64,000 nt of DNA, taken from positions 1,369,038 to 1,433,037 of the forward strand of contig CAVNZM010000016.1 in the NCBI GenBank assembly GCA_963693365.1, read 5' to 3'. Positions 1 to 26,070 of this stretch are shown here, one piece after another; position 1 is the first letter of the stretch, and each line of letters opens with the position of its first letter. Below the pieces are notes generated by a model, which had not been told where the DNA came from, did not search any database, and saw nothing but the letters and a program-made list of their open reading frames with translations. The stretch comes from Amoebidium appalachense (lineage: Eukaryota > Protista > Ichthyosporea). Both the position numbers and the translations under genes were made by a program.

Positions 1-2612
1 TGAGGGTCGGCAGGCTGGACGGGCACGGGGGCAGGGGGGCCGGTGGGGGGGGGTGTCGGGGGAACGACGATGGCAGGAGGGGGGCCAGAGTACACCAGAC
101 AAACATCATCTTCAGTGTCAACTGTGGGGGGTGGGGTGGTCGAGGTAGCAGTGGTGTCGGGGGTCGGAAGGGTTGATGGAATGTCGGACGGGAGATAAGC
201 TGATTCGTCGAAAATCACATCACGGAAGAGGCCGACACGATGGGTGGTGGCATTGAAGATCCGGTGGCAGTGTGATTGAAGATCATAGCCGATATACATG
301 CCGAGTTTGACGGTGGGGGCCAGCTTGTTCCGTTTAGAGGCTGGCACGTGAGTGTAGGCAGGGCAACCGAACACTTTGAGCTCGGAGATGTCGGGCTTGA
401 CACCGTAGAAAACCTCGAATGGTGTACGACCATTGGCAGTCGTGGACGGGGTGACGTTGATGATGTAGGCGGCATGTTGGAGGGCCTCAGCCCACAGTTT
501 GGGAGACAGAGACTGATCTTGGACTTGATGGAGGAGGCAACGGACAATCTCTTGGAGGAACCGCATACGTCGTTCAACATAGCCGTTCAGTTGAGGGCAG
601 TCCACCGGAGCATAGCTGGCCTTGATGCCCTGGGAGAGGCAAAAAGCACGGGTATCCTTGGAGGTGAACTCAGAGCCGGAGTCGAAGTGGTAAACACCAA
701 CTTTGGAGGGGGCATGGGTGGCAACGAGGTTGGTGTGAGCTGTGAGAATATCCAGGGTGGTGGTACGGTCGGCCATCGGGTAGATCTTGACGAGGCCAGA
801 GGCACGGCAGACAGTGACGAGAGCAACCTTGGAACCTCCGTACGATGTTGTGGTAGGCTCAAAAAAATCCCAATGCCATTCATGACCGGGGATGTTGGAG
901 TGAGGACGGTCACCCCTGAACGGAGCCTTGGTGGTCTTACCCATAATGCAGCCATGACAATCAGGAACATCACAGTCGAGGACAGAGGAGGGGAGACCAA
1001 TAACAAGGTCGTGTTTCACCATGTCCTTGATGCTGGTCATAGCTCGGTGCCCCAGACGATGGTGCCAGATGGATGGGTTAACACTGGTAGTGGCAGCCAG
1101 AGCCACAGGACGAGTGGGTGGTTGAATGGTGTAGTCCTTGAAGTAATACAGACCGTTGTGTAGACGGAGGTTGACGAGATGACGGCCGGTGAGTCGGTCG
1201 AAGAGGAATGACGGAGTGGAGGCATCGTTCAAATCACCCTTGATGTATTCGGCAGCAGCTTGGGATGTTGAAATGAGGAAGGCTTGGCCAGACGGGGTGT
1301 AGTAGGCTTCAATGGTTAGGGTGGTAGTGCCATGGTCGGTGGTGGTGTTGATGACGATATGGCCGGTGTGAGTGGCCAAGACGGGGGTGCCATTGAAGGC
1401 AGCAACGGGAGTCGGTGTCGGAAGGGGAGTGAGGTCATGGAAGAACTCACGGGTGGGGCAAACAGTCATGTTGCACCCGGAATCCCAGGCAGGGTCGGAG
1501 GACACGGGGACGGAGCTAGCATTGTATGCCGAGAAAGCAAAGGAGACAGATTTCTCACTGCCTTGACGGGAACGGTTGTGTCTGGACATACGGCATTTCG
1601 GCTCAGGGCAATCGATGATCGTGTGATCAGGCTCGTGGCAGTAGGAGCATTCTTTCACGGACGGGGTGTTAGAACGAGCCGGGGAATCAGAACGACGGGA
1701 ACCCGAGAAACGGGAACGACTGGGGGAACGAGACGTGGACCGGAAGGCAGGCCGGTGGGGGGAACGGGATCGGGTGTGCTGACGGGAGAGACGAGTTCGG
1801 AGGTCCGTGCCAGAGGTACGGTCAAGTCGGGTGCGTAAGTCACGGCGAGGAAGATCACGGGGGGGAGCACTGGCATTTAATGCCATGCTGGACTTGGAGG
1901 CACGGTGGGCACGGTTGTTCCGGAGTTGCATCTTGAGGTCTTGACGTAACTCGATGCCCTTGACGTGGTTATGGAGGGACTCGAAGTCGGGGAATAGCTT
2001 ATCACCGAAGTGATAGTCTTCGATAAGACGATTGAACTCAGGGGTGAGGTCGTCTCTGGTGGTGAGTTCATTGAAGAACTTCTCAGCTAGACGAGTGAAG
2101 TGAATGGACTCATCTTGGAGAGACTGGAGCTGGTTCACGATGGTCTGCAGACGGCTCAGGTAGGTGGTGAATGATTCACCGGGCTGAAGGGCACAGGCAT
2201 CCCACTGACGGTGAAGGATGCGGATCTGATCGGGTTTGCCTTGGAGATAGTGTTGACGGAATTTCCACATGGCCCGTTCAGGGTCCATGCCAATACGGTA
2301 CTGGGCAACGGTGGTGAGGACGGAAGGGTCGATGTTCTGTATCATATGGAGCAGGAGGCAATTGCGGGCCTCTTTGAGTTCCGCGGTAGTGCCGTAGCCA
2401 TAGAAGGGGGGTTCACCGTCAACCGCGACGGTGGTAGGGGGGACGTAGTTGTCAGCAAGGACAACATCCACGAGTCGGACACCTTTAGTGCCGGTCATCA
2501 TGCCGAGAAAAATGATTTCCCATTGAAAATAGGTAGTTTTGCTATCGGGACCAGTCTTCCCTTCACCTTTCCACATGGTGATTTTGTTTACGCCAGTTTT
2601 GTTTGGATCCAT
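1..2612 (-). CDS. Copia Gag-Pol polyprotein (partial, 870 codons visible, no stop inside the window)
   Basis: Hand translation from ATG 2612 (MDPNKTGVNKITMWKG...): CCHC knuckle CSYCHEPDHTIIDC, protease WDSGCN, HHCC IWHHRLGH...CHGC, integrase core WHWDFF...HFDSGSEF...LNGYVERR, LWAEALQHAAYIIN, KVFGCPAY...GMYIGYD. It is missing from the ORF track, probably because it runs off the window edge. Confidence 0.93.
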   Translation of the reverse strand, partial: MDPNKTGVNKITMWKGEGKTGPDSKTTYFQWEIIFLGMMTGTKGVRLVDVVLADNYVPPTTVAVDGEPPFYGYGTTAELKEARNCLLLHMIQNIDPSVLTTVAQYRIGMDPERAMWKFRQHYLQGKPDQIRILHRQWDACALQPGESFTTYLSRLQTIVNQLQSLQDESIHFTRLAEKFFNELTTRDDLTPEFNRLIEDYHFGDKLFPDFESLHNHVKGIELRQDLKMQLRNNRAHRASKSSMALNASAPPRDLPRRDLRTRLDRTSGTDLRTRLSRQHTRSRSPHRPAFRSTSRSPSRSRFSGSRRSDSPARSNTPSVKECSYCHEPDHTIIDCPEPKCRMSRHNRSRQGSEKSVSFAFSAYNASSVPVSSDPAWDSGCNMTVCPTREFFHDLTPLPTPTPVAAFNGTPVLATHTGHIVINTTTDHGTTTLTIEAYYTPSGQAFLISTSQAAAEYIKGDLNDASTPSFLFDRLTGRHLVNLRLHNGLYYFKDYTIQPPTRPVALAATTSVNPSIWHHRLGHRAMTSIKDMVKHDLVIGLPSSVLDCDVPDCHGCIMGKTTKAPFRGDRPHSNIPGHEWHWDFFEPTTTSYGGSKVALVTVCRASGLVKIYPMADRTTTLDILTAHTNLVATHAPSKVGVYHFDSGSEFTSKDTRAFCLSQGIKASYAPVDCPQLNGYVERRMRFLQEIVRCLLHQVQDQSLSPKLWAEALQHAAYIINVTPSTTANGRTPFEVFYGVKPDISELKVFGCPAYTHVPASKRNKLAPTVKLGMYIGYDLQSHCHRIFNATTHRVGLFRDVIFDESAYLPSDIPSTLPTPDTTATSTTPPPTVDTEDDVCLVYSGPPPAIVVPPTPPPTGPPAPVPVQPADP

Positions 2613-2650
2613 GATTGAAAAACGAGCGCGAGTTCTAGATGTGTGTAGGG

Positions 2651-2674
2651 AGCGTGCAAAAGGGCTGCATAACC
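2651..2674 (-). promoter_or_regulatory. Primer-binding site complementary to the anticodon half of initiator tRNA-Met (imperfect, bipartite)
   Basis: Plus strand agcgtgc-aaaa-gggc-tg-cataacc abuts the LTR and matches tRNAiMet AGCGTGCTGGGCCCATAACC with interruptions; half-tRNA priming is known for Drosophila copia and yeast Ty5. Confidence 0.8.
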
Positions 2675-3609
2675 TGTTAAATTCTATAAGTATTTAGGAT
2701 GTAAGCAGAGACACAGTGGTGCAGTGTGAAAACACTACAGACACACACAACAACAAAACACGGAACGATCGGAGCAGTGTACACAACAGACATCAATGTT
2801 TAGACACGACTGAACTCAATTTATTTTGATCGCTAATAAATACCTGAAATTCCCTTAAGTTAAATCCATACATGATTTCCGACCAGTCGGAATTCAGATC
2901 TATGTCTAAAATAACCAATCATAATTAACTGATTATTTCCCGGATAGATCCGGAGACGCGGGAACACACACCATAGGTCACAGCTATAAGAAAGAAAAGA
3001 GGTGAAGAGTAACGAGGAAAGAGGTGGTGTTTCTAACCTATCATCGGCTACAAAGACTCAGACATTTTCTGACTAAGTCCACTGATTGGATATAGTACGG
3101 CAACACACAAAACAAAAGTGGTTGACTAAGCTATGAATCATACCTGACAAGCTAAAGTGTAACCTAAGTGTTTTTCTACCAATCAAAACATAACGAGTAA
3201 TATAAATCTACTCAACGTATATTAGTGAGAGAGAAATATAATTAAATGAAAGGAAACAAGAGAAGAAAGAAAGAGAAAAGAAAAGACGAAGAAAGAGGAA
3301 AAAGAAAAGAAAGCAGGACAGAAAACACGAACAGCAAAACACAGTTATAACCGAAGATATTCATGTACACATAACATGTACACGTGTCTCCCTCACTGGG
3401 TAGACTCGTGTACCTATAATCAGTTGCTGTAATCGATATCTAAACACACGAATATAGCCGACACAACACGATTACAAGTACTCAAATACACTGGAGATCG
3501 ATGTCATAATTTACGTACAAGGAGCACATCTTTTTCATTAAGTAAATGAATGAAAACATAACACGAACTGAGAAGATCTTACAATATGTAAATACTACGT
3601 ATTATAACA
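2675..3609 (-). repeat. 5' LTR (935 bp) of the copia element (family A)
   Basis: Plus strand TGTTAAATT...ATTATAACA; same length and near-identical to 54471-55405. Confidence 0.93.
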
Positions 3610-3767
3610 ATGGATCTGCAATCGATTGAGTCAGACCGAGAAAGTCCGCCGTTTCAAGCACCGTGTTAACAGTCTGAGAGCACTTTTTGCTTACACTCGA
3701 CAGTAGGTACTGAGGCTTCCCGGTCCTTGCAAAACGTAGAGCTCCAGGCAGGACATCTGGATCAACA

Positions 3768-4046
3768 TCAACCATAACATTCCCTTCGGTGTCTGTTGTC
3801 TTCGGAACTGCAGTGGATAAATTGGTGGATAGAAGGGGTGTTGCCGGCGCCTGGGTGACAGTTGTACTTTCCCCCCCGCGCGTTGATGTAAACCGCTGCC
3901 TGAGCGTTTTCAGTTTGTGTTGTGGTTGTGGCGGTGTGTGCAGGGGTTTTGGGTGAGCTGGTAGAAATAGATTCTGCGAGGGTCAGCTCACTTAGCTGCT
4001 GTGCAACAGAGGATGTGGTATTACTTTGGGTTTGCTTGGAGTCCAT
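3768..4046 (-). other. Small ORF (92 aa) of unknown function, possibly a gene fragment
   Basis: Non-repetitive ATG-started ORF: Thr/Ser-rich N-terminus then VYINARGGKY; no family recognised. Confidence 0.25.
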
Positions 4047-5598
4047 TCTGTTTGTATTGGCAAGCTAGGCCAGGCGTTTTCGTTCATATACTGTCCCGAC
4101 AGGGAATATTAGTAACTTACATTCAAGGCCTATATTTAATTTGCGAGTACTAACCAGATTATACTTGCTGTATTGCCGCCAACTTGATAATATCAGACGA
4201 TATACATTTTTTCCAGTTAGTCGATGAACCAAAAGAAGGCGCGTGTTTTAAAAAATAGATTCTATACTCGAACCATGTGAGCATCGACAGTGTCCGAACC
4301 ACCCTCTTTTCCATCTAACAGCTACGTACTCTCAAACAAACGTGTCGAACGAACATCCGGATTGGCGGACATCCTCCCCCACGTGATCTGATGATGCTCT
4401 TGCATGATTATTATCCCGTGGTGATAGCTAGGTCACGGCCCTCTGACAAAGGGCCGTGTGTTGATAGGTACATATACATGTCAGTCTGAGAAACACGAAC
4501 ACGAATTTGCAGTACTGTGTAAAGCCACAGTTCGTATATTTGTGCATTGAGTATGCATGGATCAAAGTGACAAATTCCATCCTTGCCAATATTTTGATCA
4601 CACAAAGACAAGCGTCGAGACGTCGTTGGTACCACCCAACCAAACGTGCACCCATCCTTGGCCCCCCCGGCCCGCCCCAGCCTCCCTCCTCTCCCCCCCT
4701 CCCCCCCTCCCCGGCCTCTCCTAGAGCATAGAACAAGTACATTGATGTCGGCACAAAAATACACATGGAACTACTATCACGTGACTAGGATTAATCTTGT
4801 AATACACCATGCAATTGCAGCTTTAAATGTGGATTTTTTTTATATATTTTTTTTATATTTTTTTTTATCCCGTTTCACTCCCGGCGAGGCACTGCCTCAG
4901 GGGAGCTTACCGTCTTCCGCCTAGACACAGATCGTACTGTATAGCACACTCATAAGTCAGGATTCTAATTGACCCCAACTGGCACTATTTTTAGTTACGC
5001 CTTATCCCACGGTTCTAGCCGCAGCAACGCTAGTGGGGAAGTGAGCTGTGCTCACTTTAACAACACCAGCCGGGAGCGACCCGGGACACATACACAAACA
5101 TAAAGATTTGAAAGGGAAGACCCCATGCCCAGGACGCTGACCCGAACCGTGGCCGGTGACTCGGATTGGTCTCCCACTTGAAAGTTGGGCTGGGATGCCC
5201 AAGCGGCGCCCGTCGACGTCAGAGGGCCGGTGCTGTTCATGACGTCATGTCTTGCGGCCGGATGATAACAAATTGGTGGTGCTGCTTGACGGGGTCTGGG
5301 TGATGGCTTCTAGGGGGCGGCCAGACCGGTGGACCGTCGAGGCAGAAAAATCGGAAGTAACCAGGATCGATCCTGCGACTTTGAGCTTGACACGCAGAGA
5401 TCTTACCATTGCACCAACCCGCCCCCCTTAAATGTGGATATCATAGATTTGAATTTGTCACATGATAAAGTGATAAAGGCAAGCGAGCAATTGCAAACCT
5501 TACTTAGGAGGATGAGGAAAGGGAAAACGGGGGGCGAGGCCGGAGGGGGAGGAAGGGCCCGGGGGGGGGGAGGGGGAGGGGGGGGGGGGGGGGGGGGG

Positions 5599-5646
<48 letters not shown>

Positions 5647-6097
5647 GATGAGAGAGAGAGTGGGGGGTGGGGGGGTGGGTCCGGGCAAAAAAAAAAAAAA
5701 AAAAAAAAAAAAGAAGAAGAAGAGGTCGCAGGCAAGGCAGCACTCGGATAGGCTAGCGCTAATGTTGACATGATTGCCCATCAAGGGTAGTCAGGGGGGA
5801 ACTTATTCTACCAACCAGATGACACGATCTATATTTTGGCGGTAAACTGTTGCGCAAACAATCTATTGAGCCCCTCAACACCGGCCGCGGTCGACACCGT
5901 GACAGGCAGGACAGGCACGGTGAGTGACTCGATCGAGAAACCTCAAACGACAGGTAATAGACTAAACCCAAGGCTACCGTAAACAACACATATATTACTG
6001 AATAAATACAGGAGTAATAGGAGGTAGCACATGCACCCAAAGCGTCCAAAAAAAGTGCACAGAAACCCACATATACCTTTTTCGAGTTTCTGAGGCC

Positions 6098-6131
<34 letters not shown>

Positions 6132-6142
6132 TTCCTCCCCAC

Positions 6143-6210
<68 letters not shown>

Positions 6211-6306
6211 CATCTCACCCCCCCCCCATTCCCTCCCCCCAACGACTCCCCCCCCCCCCCCCCCCCCCCCCTCCCCCCCCCTTCTCCCTTACCCCCTTCT
6301 CCGTTC

Positions 6307-6337
<31 letters not shown>

Positions 6338-6476
6338 TTCCCACCCACCTACCCACCCACCCACCCACCCTTCCTGCCTGCTTGGGCTTCGCTGGACCTC
6401 GGTGGCTTTGTTGTGACGTTTCTTTCATGCGAAACACGTACTTTTTGTCAAGTGCTCGACGGCTGAGAAAACCAAA

Positions 6477-19129
<12,653 letters not shown>

Positions 19130-20351
19130 GATATGTGTGTGTGGTATGAGGAATGAAGACACAAGTCTATAAATGATTGGCATTTAGTGGGTGAAAGGTC
19201 TTTTGGATGTAATGAGAGCACGAATAACGAAGGGAATAGAGGCATTGTGTACAGTTAATAGGGGGACCTAGAAGGGGGGAAGGCGCCCCCGGGAGGGTTT
19301 GTGTACAGGGGGAAGGAGCCCGGGGGGGGGGGGGGGGGGGGGGATGTGAAATGATTTATGCCCAAACTCGTGCCCACGCCGGAGTTTTTCTTTTCCTGTT
19401 TTTGTGAATGATTTCCAGTTAAAATTAGCAGGAAAATGGGTGGCGCTGGTGGTGTGGGAACTTGTGGATAATTAATTGGTGATTGGGATAGGCACGAAAT
19501 GATGTGAATCTTGGGTTTCGAATGTATGCATGTACAGCGCAATTTAAATATATATGTTTTGTGTACAAGTATGTCTGTAGAAGCATACACTGCATGTTGA
19601 AAGGAAAATACAAATGTACAGTTGTAGATGATAAAAACAGTACTGAAATGAGGTTGTGTTATGGAAGTGAGGATGTTCTGATGCATTATGGAAAAAATAG
19701 ATACATCATACTACTATAAAACGGATGCCATACGATACGACAGAGAGAGGGAATAGAGGATGTATTGCAATAAAGAGGATTGCTATTGGTTATACAGTGT
19801 ACCCATCGTAAACACCGGCTAACTGTGTGTGCATTAGTAACGGTTAGAAAGGTACAGGGGAGGGGTTAATCGTTTACAATGGCTGAACAGGAGTAGGAGT
19901 TAGAATTCTCTTTCGGAATCTTTTGATATTTGTTGAGTATGCATGTACATATTTCTGTTATTCAAAGATTTCACTTCTGATAAAATATTAGCTAACCATG
20001 CAAGGGTTTTTTCGGTCCTCGAAATCCCCCCCTCCCCCCCCCCCATCCTCCCCACCTCCCGTCTGCCATGCATTCAATTCCGTCTGTTTCTCTCTTTAGA
20101 TCGGAAGGTCGGGTTGGTGAGTACCGGGTGAGATACGCATGGTGTAGAATATTGTGTGTGTATGTGTGTGTGTGGTGGGTCGTGGTGGTGGTGGTTGTGG
20201 TGGTGGTGGGGGGAGCGCGGGGGGGGGGGGAGGGGGGGGGGGGGTTTGATCATCGGCAGAGTTACAGTCCTTGTTGTCATGACGTGTATGGGGTGAGAGA
20301 GAGAGCGGGGGTGGGGGAGGAGAGGGGGGGGGGGGGGGGGGGGGGGGGGGA

Positions 20352-20382
<31 letters not shown>

Positions 20383-20802
20383 TCTCAGAGAGAAAGGCGC
20401 TGGAGATAAGGAGAGTGAGGGAGGAAGAAAGAGTGTGTGTTTGTGTGCGATGCGTGTGTGAGGGCATCTGTGGGGGGAGGGGGGGGGGGGGGGGGGGAGG
20501 GAGGGAGGGATAGGGGGTTAAACTCCCCTCAAGTTATGACATTTACTTACGCATACCGGCCACTGTATGCGCAAAATTTAATCTGGTTGGCAATAGAGCT
20601 GACTTCCATGAGCGCTCCTACGGTTTACAAGGATTGAAAGAGAAACTTGCTGTGCCGTGATCAGGAATACCACACATATAAATCCGTCTTTAACACTGTG
20701 TGCGTATGGGGTTTTTTACACGTCTTACAATTGCAAACACACACAATAGTGTACACACATTCTGGAGACTCCCTCTCTTTCTCTTTCTCCCGATCTTTCA
20801 CT

Positions 20803-20866
<64 letters not shown>

Positions 20867-21706
20867 TCCCCGTCCCCCCTCTTCTCCCTCGAGCTTCCTC
20901 TCTCGTGCGACAGAGGGGTATGCTTCATGTGCACGCCTGCATGTGTGAGCACTCTCGTAAACTCATAGGTATATAGGTATGCGACACAGTCGCCCGCTAC
21001 ATCAAAATTTCGTGTGGTTTATATTAAATCGAAAAAAGGAAAAAATCAGCCCACTTTATCAGGTAGTGGCTGTGATTAATTAAACTACACAGACAGCCTA
21101 GGCATTTCTTTAACAGTAAATTCAAAAACCTACCTTGAATCTCTATCCTCAAATGATTCGAAATCTCCAGCAAACGTTTCATAAAAACCAACTACTTTCT
21201 AGCCCCCCGCCCCTCCCCACTAAAACCCCTCCCCTTTCCAAAATTTCTTCTTGCTTGCTTTCTGTGATATTCGATAATAGTCACTCCATACTCCATGTTA
21301 CGTTTCCCCCCCCCCCCCCCCCCCCCCCCCTTACGCATGATAAACCACCCCAACTGCACTCAGTTCATTAATATAAAATGGGTACTCGTAGTCAAACATT
21401 TCATCGAGTGCATAGATTCCGTCGTTAAAAGCCAACAAAATTCCAGGGAGATTTTCAGTATAAAACCAGCTATTAGTAAGTCTATCGTATATGTGTTAGA
21501 GGCATTCGGCCAAGTATAAAAGTCTAGTATACATCTTCAATTCAGATTTCTCCTTACACATACCCGAACACAATTCTCCACCCAGCCCAGAGGAGGTGAA
21601 AGTACGCAAACAGCACACACATGCACACTTTTTCCTCACGCCAACACACACACACACACACACCCCCTCCCCCCCCCCCCCCCTCCCCCTCCACCCCCTC
21701 TTCCGT

Positions 21707-22709
21707 CTATGCTGCCACCACCCCTTCCTCCTCCTCCTCCCCCTCATGAGTAATCCCATGCTGTTCGTCATAAGTCTGTCTACACCACGCCATAATCCCC
21801 GGTGGTCCCCCTTCCACGACCTCTTGTGGTAGGTCTGAAAACGGGTTTCCTTCCGTGTTAAGTAGTTGCAGGTTGGGGCACATGCACAGTTCCGGTGGGA
21901 CACTGTTGAGTTCGTTGTCGTTTACGTGGAGGGTGTGGAGGGACTCGAGATGACCTGATGGGGAAGAAGGCGTTTAGACTATGGTTAGCGGGGGGGAGGG
22001 GGGAGGGGGAGGGGGAGAGAGGGAGGGTTAGAACGCAGGGGGGGGGGGGGGGATTAGAATGCATCACCTAGGGCGAAATACAGATAGGGGGGCGGGGGGA
22101 GGGGGGAGGGATAGGGAAAAAAAAAGTAAAGGGTTAACCCCAAACCCTAAAAGAGTGGGTAGAATGGAAGCGTGGTGGAGGGGTTGTGTCGTGTTTTGCA
22201 CCACGGCAAGGGTGGGAAAGACATAGTAGTAAACGTGATCGTACATGTTCTTGTGCGTGCGCGCGCACGCTCGTGTGTGTGTGTGTGGCTGTGCCTGCGC
22301 CTGCGAGTACATGCACCCGTTGTGATTGGGTGCGATGGGGACGCACAGGACATGATATAGTGCGTTACTTCTAGATCCTGGTTGGATGCCCCCATATCAA
22401 GAGTTTAATATCCCATCACAGATACAATCATCATTCACGCATGAGTAAGAGGTTGGGGGTTTGTACTGTGTTACAGGGTACGAAATAAATGCTTACGGTA
22501 AAGGGAAAGAGACGCGGACAGGACGGAAGGGGGGGTAGGGGGGTAGAACTCATACCAGAGTGTAGGCACTAATTAGAATCCCGTAGAGCCACCATCATAT
22601 TCCAATAAAGAGTAATAAGGTATGTGCATGTGCTTACGTCTGTATGTGTCTGTGTGTGTGTGTTGGGCTGGGTCGGGTTGGCTTGGTTTTCTTTTTTTTT
22701 TTTTTTTTT

Positions 22710-22776
<67 letters not shown>

Positions 22777-24062
22777 GTATTTACCAATTTCCGGAGGCAG
22801 TTTAGTCATTCCATTCTCCCCAATGAAGAAGAATTTGAGGTTTGTGAGTGTGCTGACGGCAGGAGAGAGAGTCTCCATTTCGTTGGATTGGAAGGAGAGG
22901 TAGGTGAGCTGCGTCAACTGGCCAATCTCGTCTGGTAGCTCACGTACACAGTTGCCTGTGTGTGTGTGTGGGGGGGGGCACGCAGATGAGTATGTGTGTG
23001 TGTGTATGTACGTACGTGTGTGTTTTTTTTTGGGGGGGGGGGGGGGGGGGGGGGATGGGCTTGGAAGGGGCGAAATACCCAGAGCAAGGTGTGATGAGGG
23101 GGGAGTGGGGAGGGGCGGGGGGAGGGGAGGGAATGGGAACGTTAACATCTACACACATTTTGCCAGAAATTGGCCTTTACGATATGCCATAAACAAAGGT
23201 TCCACAGTAGCTGAATTCCACACCGCCCTCCTCCCCCTCCCCCCCCCCCCCAAAAAACAAAAAACAAAAAACAAAACACCTCCCACAAGCTTACCTAATC
23301 ATTCCAGCACCCCCCCCCCCCCCCCCCCCCCCTCTCCCCCCCCTTCACAGTATGAAGGACACAGTATGAAGCACAACGACCCACCACTACCCACTCACGA
23401 AGAAAGCCACCAGAACTCCCCCACACCCAAGTTTGTGAACACCAGACTCAACAACCCATCCACCCACCCATCCGCGCACCCCCCCCCCCCCCCCCCTCCC
23501 CCACATCCTCCCCAACCCCGCCCGACCACCACCATCACACCAACACACTCATAGCCCCTCGTCCCCCCCCCCCCCCCTCCTCAGCCTCCCCCTTCACACA
23601 CACACACACACACCGACACCTATACACACCGACAAACCCACACAGGCACACACGTACGCACCCTCCATATCCAGCTTATCCAGATTCTTAAGGTTGCTGA
23701 TGCGAGGTGGCAGCACATCAATCTCGTTGTTGTTGAGAATCAGTGTCTGGAGGTTGGTGAGCTCACAGATGCTGCCTGTGTACGTGTGTGTGCGTGTGTG
23801 TGCGTGTGTGCGTGTGTGTTTATGGGGTGGGGGATGGAGGGGGTGGAAACGATCGAGCGTGTATGTATGTGCGTATTTGCACGTGTGTGTGGATGTGTGG
23901 AGGGGCACGGAGGGTTAGAATGTGGCACAGTGTATCATGCAAATTTATCGACCCCAGCAGGGTGTGATGGAATAACTTAAGCAGTTAATAAACCTAATTC
24001 AACCCCAAAAACACACACACACACACACACACATTCACACACACACATTCACACACACACAT

Positions 24063-24097
<35 letters not shown>

Positions 24098-24841
24098 ACA
24101 CACAGACACGGGGGAAGGGGAGAGAGCGAGAGAGCGAGAGAGCGAGAGAGAGTGAGTGAGAGAGAACGAAGAGCAACAGACACACACAAAGCCAACCACT
24201 CCCCTCCCCCCCCCCCCCCCCCCCCCCCCCACGGCCCCCCACGGCCCCCCACCCACCCACCACCCACCTACCTGGCAGATATGTGAGCCTGTTCTGAGCA
24301 AAGTTGAGCTCTCTGAGGTTGATGAGGGGGCTGAGGTCGTCGGGTAGTGACCGCACAAGATTCTCACTCATGTCCACACGCGTCAGGTGCTGTGTGTGTG
24401 TGTGTGTGTGTGTGTGCGTGAGTCACGTGTGCGCACATATAGAATCCCCCCCCCCCTCCCCCCCCCCCCCCCTCCCCCCCCCCCCCCCACAATTCGACTC
24501 CAATGTCCTCCTCAGTGAAACCCCCCCCCCGCCCCCCTCTCCCAGGCCATCCCCCCTCCCCCCCCCCCCCCCTGTACAGACATATACACCTCGCTCGATT
24601 CCAGCCTCCCCCCCAAGCACACACACACACACACACACAGATACACACACACACACACCCTTCCTCCTCCCTCCCACCCGCCCGTCCTTGCCCCCTTGCG
24701 CCTCCATTTATGTCGCTGAATATCCATCCCCTTCCCACCAACCTCTTTCGACGTGCATTTATAACAGTCCGTGCGTTGTTGTCCCCCTTCCCCCCCCCCC
24801 CCCCCCCCCCCCCCCACCTTCCCCCCCTCAGCACTCCCTCC

Positions 24842-24880
<39 letters not shown>

Positions 24881-26036
24881 TGTTGGATTAAGAAGAAATG
24901 AGGAACAGAGGACATACCTTGAGTTCGGCAAAGATTTTGCTGTTGAAAGTCTGGATTTTGTTGTTGTCGATGAACAGCAGCTGCAGGCCAATCGGATTGC
25001 ATGAGTGAGAAAAACGTGGGTTTTGATTGGGCGGGCCAATGGCTAATGAAACTTCATGAAGTGGAATAGAAAGAAACTCTCAAACAATAATTAAGCGAAC
25101 CAGAAGCCCGTGAATCTTTATTGGGTGATTGAGATCTAACTGGGCAAGCCATGAGATTGGAAGCGGGTGGACCCAGACGTTTGGAAGCATATTCAATGGC
25201 CGGCAAAAAAAACACAGGGTTATAAATGTAAATTACACAGGCAATGGAATCTGCACAATCACGGAAGGGAAAAGACGGATGTGTCGGGAAGAGGCGAGAA
25301 AACAGGGGAAAGGGGGGTATAGGCCTCAGGAAGTAAACGGACAGATGGAAGGATGATGGGCGGGAAAGGTTTGGGTGAGAAATTTTGCCCCACGAGGCTG
25401 TCAGATGGCCAATTGATTTGCGTGTGAGATGCGTACGGGCATGCTTGCCTGTGCATGTGTGCACACACACATATATATGCTTTTGGCCTGTGTTTGTGTG
25501 TATGTATGTGGGTGTGTGTGTGCGTGTGCGTGCGCACATGTGCGTGTGTGTATCTGTGTATGTGTGCGTCTGTGCGTGCGCGCGCACGTGTGTGTGTGAA
25601 AGACCTATATGTGCCCGTATATCTGGGGGCGAGTACTCTCCCGTTCGTGTTCACGTGCATTCGTATCAGTGCAGCGATATATATGTGCTGTTGAAAGAGT
25701 AGTGGGGTTGGGGGGGGGGGGGGGAGGGAGGGGGGGGGGGGGGGGGGGGAAGGGGGGGGGCGAAGGGGGGGAGGGATACAGGTTGGGGGGGGGGGGGGGG
25801 AGGGGAGGGGGTTGGAAAAGTAAGGTTTACCTTGAGTTCTGACATGTGTGCGATCTCCGGTGGGATCTCAGTGAGGGCATTCCGTGAGAGGGTTAAGTTC
25901 TTGACCGCAACAAGACCAGCTAGCAGCCCCTTGGGGATCTCTGTAGTGACCCAACGTGTCAGCCTAAGATTCAATCGCCCTCTTATCTACTTTACCCCCC
26001 CCCCCCCCCCCCCCCATCTCCCCTCCCACCTTCGAA

Positions 26037-26070
<34 letters not shown>

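Larger units (their letters stand above)
1..3609 (-). mobile_element. Ty1/copia LTR retrotransposon, 5' portion (5' LTR, PBS, gag-protease-integrase); continues beyond the left edge
   Basis: Minus strand: LTR 3609->2675 with TG..CA ends, then PBS GGTTATGCAGCCC, then an uninterrupted ORF from 2612. Integrase follows the protease directly (before RT), which is the copia domain order. Confidence 0.95.

Noticed and set aside
276-2618. Plus-strand ORFs 276-1163, 1332-1838 and 2211-2618
   Set aside because: They are antisense shadows of the minus-strand copia gag-pol frame, which holds all the recognisable motifs.
4400-6050. A divergent minus-strand gene upstream of the Pol X gene
   Set aside because: GTAAG/GTGAG donor-like sites and GC-rich stretches exist, but I could not build a phase-consistent, recognisable coding chain.
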